DNA of 63,956 nucleotides, filler included, from Stramenopiles sp. TOSAG23-2 (Eukaryota): NCBI GenBank assembly GCA_900128395.1. It is 3 parts of 3 records of this genome, joined end to end, with 100 filler letters (N's around TTAATTAATTAA, not from the genome) between each part and the next. Parts side by side here need not be neighbours in the genome. Positions count along the whole stretch, not along the records: positions 45,578 to 63,956 come from LT649605.1; 2 more parts are not named here. One strand, 5' to 3'. Shown piece by piece: positions 58,114 to 63,956 of this stretch (position 1 is its first letter; each line of letters starts with the position of its first letter). The notes under the pieces were generated by a model. It saw only the letters and a program-made list of their open reading frames with translations, ran no database searches and was not told where the DNA came from. The position numbers and the translations under genes were made by a program.

Positions 58114-58264
58114 CCAAATAAATAAAACATCGTAATACCATTACAATTCTATGTAGTGTATATACCTCAATAGCAGGTGAATACTGTGGCCAAATAAATA
58201 AAACATCGTAATACCATTACAATGCTATGTAGTGTATATATACCTCTATAGCAGGTAAATACAA
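58114..58264. repeat. Direct tandem repeat, 2 x ~76 bp
   Basis: CCAAATAAATAAAACATCGTAATACCATTACAAT..TAGCAGGT.AATAC occurs twice. Confidence 0.9.
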
Positions 58265-58290
58265 TGGATTATTTTTTGTAAACGCTTTTC

Positions 58291-58578
58291 TAACCCTAAC
58301 ACTAACTATATCAAAATGATATGAATCAGTCTAATAAATAGGGAGATATATACGATTTAGTATATTAAATACTGTACTATAACCCTGTACTATAACCCTA
58401 ACGCTAACTAGATCAAAATGATATGAATCAGTAAATAGGGAGATATATATGATTTAGTATATCAAATACTATACTATAACCCTGTACTATAACCCTAACA
58501 CTAACTATATCAAAATGATATGAATCAGTCTAATAAATAGGGAGATAAATACGATTTAGTATATCAAATACTATACTA
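58291..58578. repeat. Tandem repeat, 3 x ~100 bp, each starting with telomere-like TAACCCTAAC
   Basis: Units start at about 58291, 58393 and 58490: TAACCCTAAC.CTAACTA.ATCAAAATGATATGAATCAGT..AAATAGGGAGAT. Confidence 0.9.
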
Positions 58579-58900
58579 ATATGAAGAATTCTCTCTGAAA
58601 TAATTTGTTTTTGCGAATCCCAACGGGCGTATTTGTTTTTGAAAGAGGAATAGCATGGACGTAGGCCTGGTTATTGTGAGATTTGAAGCAACAAAATATA
58701 TACATTGCAACCCTTCATCAATATGTATATGTATATTCCATCCTTTCCATCCTTTCGATTCATACAAAGGATAGTGTTATAATTATATAAAGGAAAAAGT
58801 AATCCAATATATGTTTTTCTATTAAATTTTTTTATTAATTTCTTGTGAATTTCTTGTTATTTTTTTTTTAAACGACATTCATTTTTTTTAATCATTCATC

Positions 58901-61138
58901 ATGTCCATCTCAACGTTAGAAGATTTTCATATATTATCAACATTAGGACAAGGTTCATATGGTTTAGTATATAAAGTAGAACGTTTAGTATTAAATAAAA
59001 CTAATATTGATAATAAAAAATCTAAAACAAAAAAGAAGAAGAAGAAGAAGAAAAATAAAGTATATGTTATGAAACAAATACAATTGCAACAGATGACAAA
59101 AGAAGAACAATATGATGCAGTCAACGAATGTAAAATAATGGCATCGTTATCAAATAAATATATTGTAAAATATTATGATTCTTTTATTGATAAAACAACA
59201 TTAAATATTATTATGGAATATTGCAATAAAGGTGATTTACAACAATATTTATCGAATTATTCTAAACGTAATTTCAATAATAATTATTCCAGTACAAGCC
59301 ATTTACATACCGTAGATGAAGCAGTACATCATAACAATTTATTATCTGAAAATGTTATATGGAAATTTTTATTAGAAATGGCAAGTGGTTTATATTATTT
59401 ACATACACAAAAAATATTACATCGTGATATGAAAACTGCAAATATATTTTTATCATCATCATCATCTTCTAGCAATAGTAATAATAATAATAATAACAAT
59501 ATAAAAACATCAGCATTTGGACAACATAATAATGATATACCGTCATTAAAAATTGGTGATTTAGGTGTTGCAAAGATGTTAAATAGTACAAAAAGTTATG
59601 CTGCATCAGTTGTTGGTACACCATATTATTTATCACCTGAATTATGTGCAAATAAACCATATAATAAACAAAGTGATGTATGGGCATTAGGTTGTATATT
59701 ATATGAATGTTGTACATTTAAACATCCATTTGATGCTACTAATCAAGGTGCATTAGTATTAAAAATCATGCTTGGTAAATATGAACCAATATGCATGGAT
59801 TATTCACACGATTTACGTATTCTAGTGAAAGACATGTTAAATAAAGATATGAAAAAACGTTTAACATTAAATAAATTGTTTAATCGTAAATGTGTGATAG
59901 ACAAAAGCAAGGAATTAAATATGGATATACCATTTATTGAAAGTAAAAAAGGTAAAGAATATTTAAAATATATGAAAGTAACAAATGATGGTGGGGATGG
60001 AAATGAGAAAAAACAGCATCATAAATTTGCATTAAATAAAGGTAATCATAATGATAAATTAGCTGGTAATATACGTGGTGGTAGAGTACGTGGACGTACA
60101 CAAACTCGAATATTAGCTGCATTACCAACCGAAATGATTAATAATAATAATAGTGGTGGTAGTAATAATAATAAATCACCACCATTAAAACGTATAAAAA
60201 ATGTAGATCAACAACAACAAAATCAACAACGTAGAAAATGGAAAACCGATATTGATGATGTTGCAATACCAATATTAAAAAAAAGTCAAATGAAATATCA
60301 ACGTAATAATTATTTAAAACTTGGTAGTAAAGCAAATGAAAATGGAAATAATAGTAGACGTCCAACGGTAAAAGAATTACGTGCATTAATGATGGAAGAG
60401 AAAGAAGCAGAAGAAGAAGTACAGAAAGAAGAAGATAATAATAATAGTAAGACAAGCGACAACGAAGGGGATTATGAAGATAACGTTGAAAATAATAATA
60501 ATAATAATATTAAAGCACAATCATTCATTGCAACCGATAATATTTTAGTTGATGATGTAGAATTGGATGATGATATTATTGACGATGATGATGTTGTAGA
60601 AGAAAAAATACAAGAACATGATTGTGTTATAAAAGAAGGAAAAGAAAATAATAACGACGATGATTATACAAATAATAATACGTTAGAAGATGAAGATGAA
60701 ATTATACCAATATATAATACACATTGTGTTTTATTAAATGATGATACGGAAGGTGAAGATTTAGTAGAATATGAAGTTAATTCGAAAGAAGAAGAAGAAA
60801 AAGAAGAACAAGTAATTGTTGTTGAAGATGATAAGACAATAAATTTACGAAATGAAAATGATCAATCGCAATATGAAGGAAAATATCAAGTCATGATGGA
60901 TGATGATAATATTGAAACAAGTATTAAAACATTTACAAATGATGATGATACTGGTACTATTGAAATCTATAATAATGATGTTGATAACCTAACGATTATT
61001 AATAAAAGTAATAGTAGTGTTGATGATGATGAGGAGGATATCGAAGAAGAAGAAGAAGAAGAAGAAGAAGAAGAAAACAATGTGGATGATTTTTCACGTA
61101 CATTAACATTCCGTGGTGTTGATTATAAAGTTTTGTAG
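58901..61138 (+). CDS. NIMA-related (NEK) Ser/Thr kinase with acidic C-terminal tail
   Basis: LGQGSYG, YVMKQI, HRDMKTANIFL, KIGDLGVAK, VGTPYYLSPELC..KPYN..SDVWALGC. Confidence 0.93.
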   Translation: MSISTLEDFHILSTLGQGSYGLVYKVERLVLNKTNIDNKKSKTKKKKKKKKNKVYVMKQIQLQQMTKEEQYDAVNECKIMASLSNKYIVKYYDSFIDKTTLNIIMEYCNKGDLQQYLSNYSKRNFNNNYSSTSHLHTVDEAVHHNNLLSENVIWKFLLEMASGLYYLHTQKILHRDMKTANIFLSSSSSSSNSNNNNNNNIKTSAFGQHNNDIPSLKIGDLGVAKMLNSTKSYAASVVGTPYYLSPELCANKPYNKQSDVWALGCILYECCTFKHPFDATNQGALVLKIMLGKYEPICMDYSHDLRILVKDMLNKDMKKRLTLNKLFNRKCVIDKSKELNMDIPFIESKKGKEYLKYMKVTNDGGDGNEKKQHHKFALNKGNHNDKLAGNIRGGRVRGRTQTRILAALPTEMINNNNSGGSNNNKSPPLKRIKNVDQQQQNQQRRKWKTDIDDVAIPILKKSQMKYQRNNYLKLGSKANENGNNSRRPTVKELRALMMEEKEAEEEVQKEEDNNNSKTSDNEGDYEDNVENNNNNNIKAQSFIATDNILVDDVELDDDIIDDDDVVEEKIQEHDCVIKEGKENNNDDDYTNNNTLEDEDEIIPIYNTHCVLLNDDTEGEDLVEYEVNSKEEEEKEEQVIVVEDDKTINLRNENDQSQYEGKYQVMMDDDNIETSIKTFTNDDDTGTIEIYNNDVDNLTIINKSNSSVDDDEEDIEEEEEEEEEEENNVDDFSRTLTFRGVDYKVL

Positions 61139-61678
61139 CCGCCAAAATAGTATATATTTTGTGTAAAACATGTATATGTATATGTATTTTTCGTATTTCT
61201 ATTCTATAAGTTGTTAATCACAAGAATTCCTAAAAATGTTGTTATTTTCCCAATATATCACTTTTGAGGGCTAACTTCAATAAATTTAAGAAAATCAAAT
61301 ATCCGATTTATTCATCTACGTATATGTTCTACAATGCACTTCCTATTTAAAACTATTTATAATAAACAATTTATCTAAATTTCAATGTGTTTTAGGTATA
61401 AAATATATGGTATATATTTCCATTATAATGTTATTTCCATGTCATTGATTTAACATGAAAATAACGCTATGTTTATTATTCTAATATCATGTTCAAGTAT
61501 ACATTACTACGATATAATAGGTAGTATTTTGAAAAATGACAACAACTCGTAAAACTCCCACCTAGAAACTCGCACAAAAAAAAGATATTAAAAAAGATGA
61601 AGGAAAGAGAAGGAAAGAGAAGGTCTACTGCAATAAAGGACAAAACGTAAAACAAAAATAATACAACATAAAACAAAA

Positions 61679-63256
61679 ATGACAACAATAACAACCAATA
61701 TCAACAAAGATGAAAACAACAACGACACAGATCAATGGATGGATCTTGCTATAGATACAACTGAAAAAAAAAGTAATACTACAACATTAAATGCAATGGA
61801 ATATTTAATGCAAACATTATCAAAAAAGGATGCAACAATTATAATTAACAACTTAGGTGCAATAACAATGGAAGATTTAAAATTAGTAGATCATGGAATG
61901 GCTTCAAATGCAACACAAGATTTAAAAATAATTCCAAGAAAAAAAGCAATGATAGCGTTAATGGCTATTAGTGCGGAAAAAAATAAACACAAATTTTCTA
62001 TGAAAAAAGATGATGATAATGGTAATTCAACCAAAAAAACAACATCTAATTCACACAATATGAATAATAATAATAATAATAATCCTACAAATAATATTAC
62101 CAACAACAACGAAGCAGAAATAATCAACAACGAACCACCATCTACATTCATACAAGAAGCAGTAGCAATATGTATTGATCGATCTGGATCAATGGGTACA
62201 GCATTTGAAGAAACACAATCATGGAATGATGATGGTAATCAAAATGCATTAAATAAAATACGTGAAAAACGCACAAGAATGGAAGCAGTAAAACAAGTAT
62301 TTTATGCATTTCGTGATCGTACAGAAACACTTGGTGATATCGCAGATGCTGGTAAACATGAAATTGGTTTAATACAATTTGATAATGAGGTGGAAACGAT
62401 GTTAAATTTAACAGGATCCCTTTCTAAATTTGAAAGTATCGTAGATAATATGAAAAAAAGAGGATCCACAGCAATTTATTCCGCAATTTTACATGGTGTA
62501 AAAATGTTGAAGGATAAATTTACAAAAAGTCCTAAAACAGATTTACGAATATTAGTTTTAACCGATGGACAAAATAATGCAGGTGTATTGCCACGTGTTG
62601 CATTAGAAGCTGTTAATACTATTGGTGCAGTGGTTGATGCTATTATTGTTGGCAATTCCCCAGATTGTGATTTACAACGTATAGTTGAAGCAACTGGCGG
62701 TTCATGTTTTCAGATAAAATCATTAGCAGAAGGATTTGAATTGATGGAAAGTGAAGCAGTTGTATCATTACGTGCAAGACGTGGTGGTTTCGAAAAACCT
62801 GTTTTTGTACGTCGTTCAATTCCAGATGTATTTTCTAAGATTCATATCAAAAACATTACATCAAGTCGAAATGCATCACGTGTAATGTTACAAAAAAATA
62901 AAATGAAAAAAGTAAAAGCAATTACAATTGGTGCAATGGCAGCAAAAACAACAACAGCAACAACAAAAGCTCTTTCTGGAAGATCAAGACGTATCATGAA
63001 AGAATTAACAAACGTCGCAAAAGGAGATAGTAATGTCTGGATGCATAGTGGTACAGGAATTCACCTCTTTCCATGTTCGGATGATTTATCCCATTTAAAA
63101 GCACTTATTGAAGGACCAATTAATACACCATTTGCAAATGGTGTCTTTGCATTAAATGTAACGATTCCAAATGAATATCCTTTTCAAGCTCCACGTATAT
63201 CATTTGATACTCCGATTTATCATTGCAATACTCTTACTATATATATTACGATTTAA
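61679..63256 (+). CDS. vWA domain + ubiquitin-conjugating (E2) domain fusion, truncated within the E2 domain
   Basis: MIDAS DRSGSM, T and LTDG; RRIMKEL, IEGPINTPFANGVF, YPFQAP, TPIYHCN, followed by a premature stop. Confidence 0.8.
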   Translation: MTTITTNINKDENNNDTDQWMDLAIDTTEKKSNTTTLNAMEYLMQTLSKKDATIIINNLGAITMEDLKLVDHGMASNATQDLKIIPRKKAMIALMAISAEKNKHKFSMKKDDDNGNSTKKTTSNSHNMNNNNNNNPTNNITNNNEAEIINNEPPSTFIQEAVAICIDRSGSMGTAFEETQSWNDDGNQNALNKIREKRTRMEAVKQVFYAFRDRTETLGDIADAGKHEIGLIQFDNEVETMLNLTGSLSKFESIVDNMKKRGSTAIYSAILHGVKMLKDKFTKSPKTDLRILVLTDGQNNAGVLPRVALEAVNTIGAVVDAIIVGNSPDCDLQRIVEATGGSCFQIKSLAEGFELMESEAVVSLRARRGGFEKPVFVRRSIPDVFSKIHIKNITSSRNASRVMLQKNKMKKVKAITIGAMAAKTTTATTKALSGRSRRIMKELTNVAKGDSNVWMHSGTGIHLFPCSDDLSHLKALIEGPINTPFANGVFALNVTIPNEYPFQAPRISFDTPIYHCNTLTIYITI

Positions 63257-63956
63257 CAACGCTTTATCTTCATCGGAAATATTTTCATCACCATTGATGA
63301 TATGAGTTTTTCAACCAGTTTAAGTGAAAGTATTATTAATAATAATAATAATATTGCATTGAATAGCAGTATTGGTAGTAATAGTATGAACCAAAGGCAA
63401 ACACGTATTAATACTAGTAGTAGTACTACTAATAGTAATAACATGTCAAAAACAGCAAAACGACGTCATAAACGTTTGACGGTTAGTGGTGTCTATTCAG
63501 GTAATAGATAATATACACCTTCGTAGAATAACCAGAATTATTAGGATTTAGGGTGAGATAAAAAAAATATCTGAAACGAAGAATATAGAACGTTGTGGGA
63601 GGAGATGTGAGAAGAAAAATATAAAATATTAAGCCAGATTTCGTAGGTTCCCTGGAGGTTCGCGTTGTATAAAATTTTACTTTAGTCTCACAACCATCAT
63701 TCTATATTTTTTATTCAGTACGTATTGAATGAACTAATATTATTTCTCAATGGTATCCAGGTGCTATTATAACCCTATTCCTAACTACGAACACATATTA
63801 TTTCTCAATGGTATCCTAGTGCTAATTGTATTTACGATAGAGACAGCATTACATCTTCTAACCCTATTCCTAACTACCATCCCAAACAATAACCGTTGAA
63901 AGAAAACTCATTGAACAAATAACACTACACACTATTGAAAAAATCAAGCTATCGTG

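Overview
AT-rich, gene-dense, intron-poor eukaryotic (protist) nuclear DNA with poly-Asn tracts and short GT-AG introns of about 80-110 nt. A flagellated non-opisthokont such as a stramenopile is my inference only. The window is three contigs joined by artificial 100-nt spacers (N-run/TTAATTAATTAA/N-run) at 22709-22808 and 45478-45577, so adjacency across them is meaningless. Most genes are ordinary eukaryotic genes: TIM50, RpiB, PTC7-type PP2C, GST, Mps1/TTK, RPS2, gamma-carbonic anhydrase, THOC1, mitochondrial GPD2, a NEK kinase and others. The standout is a foreign-looking, repeat-flanked block of about 3.5 kb (about 55060-58580) between two host genes. It encodes a protein with four tandem 33-aa TALE-like repeats (RVD position = NI). 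Ten nt downstream is a frameshifted PrimPol/NCLDV-herpes-type AEP primase. This is a candidate virus- or mobile-element-borne TALE-like (MOrTL-like) system in a eukaryotic genome. Secondary points: an intron-split divergent C5-DNA-methyltransferase-like gene, a candidate structured ncRNA upstream of RPS2, several unusual domain fusions, and minisatellites.
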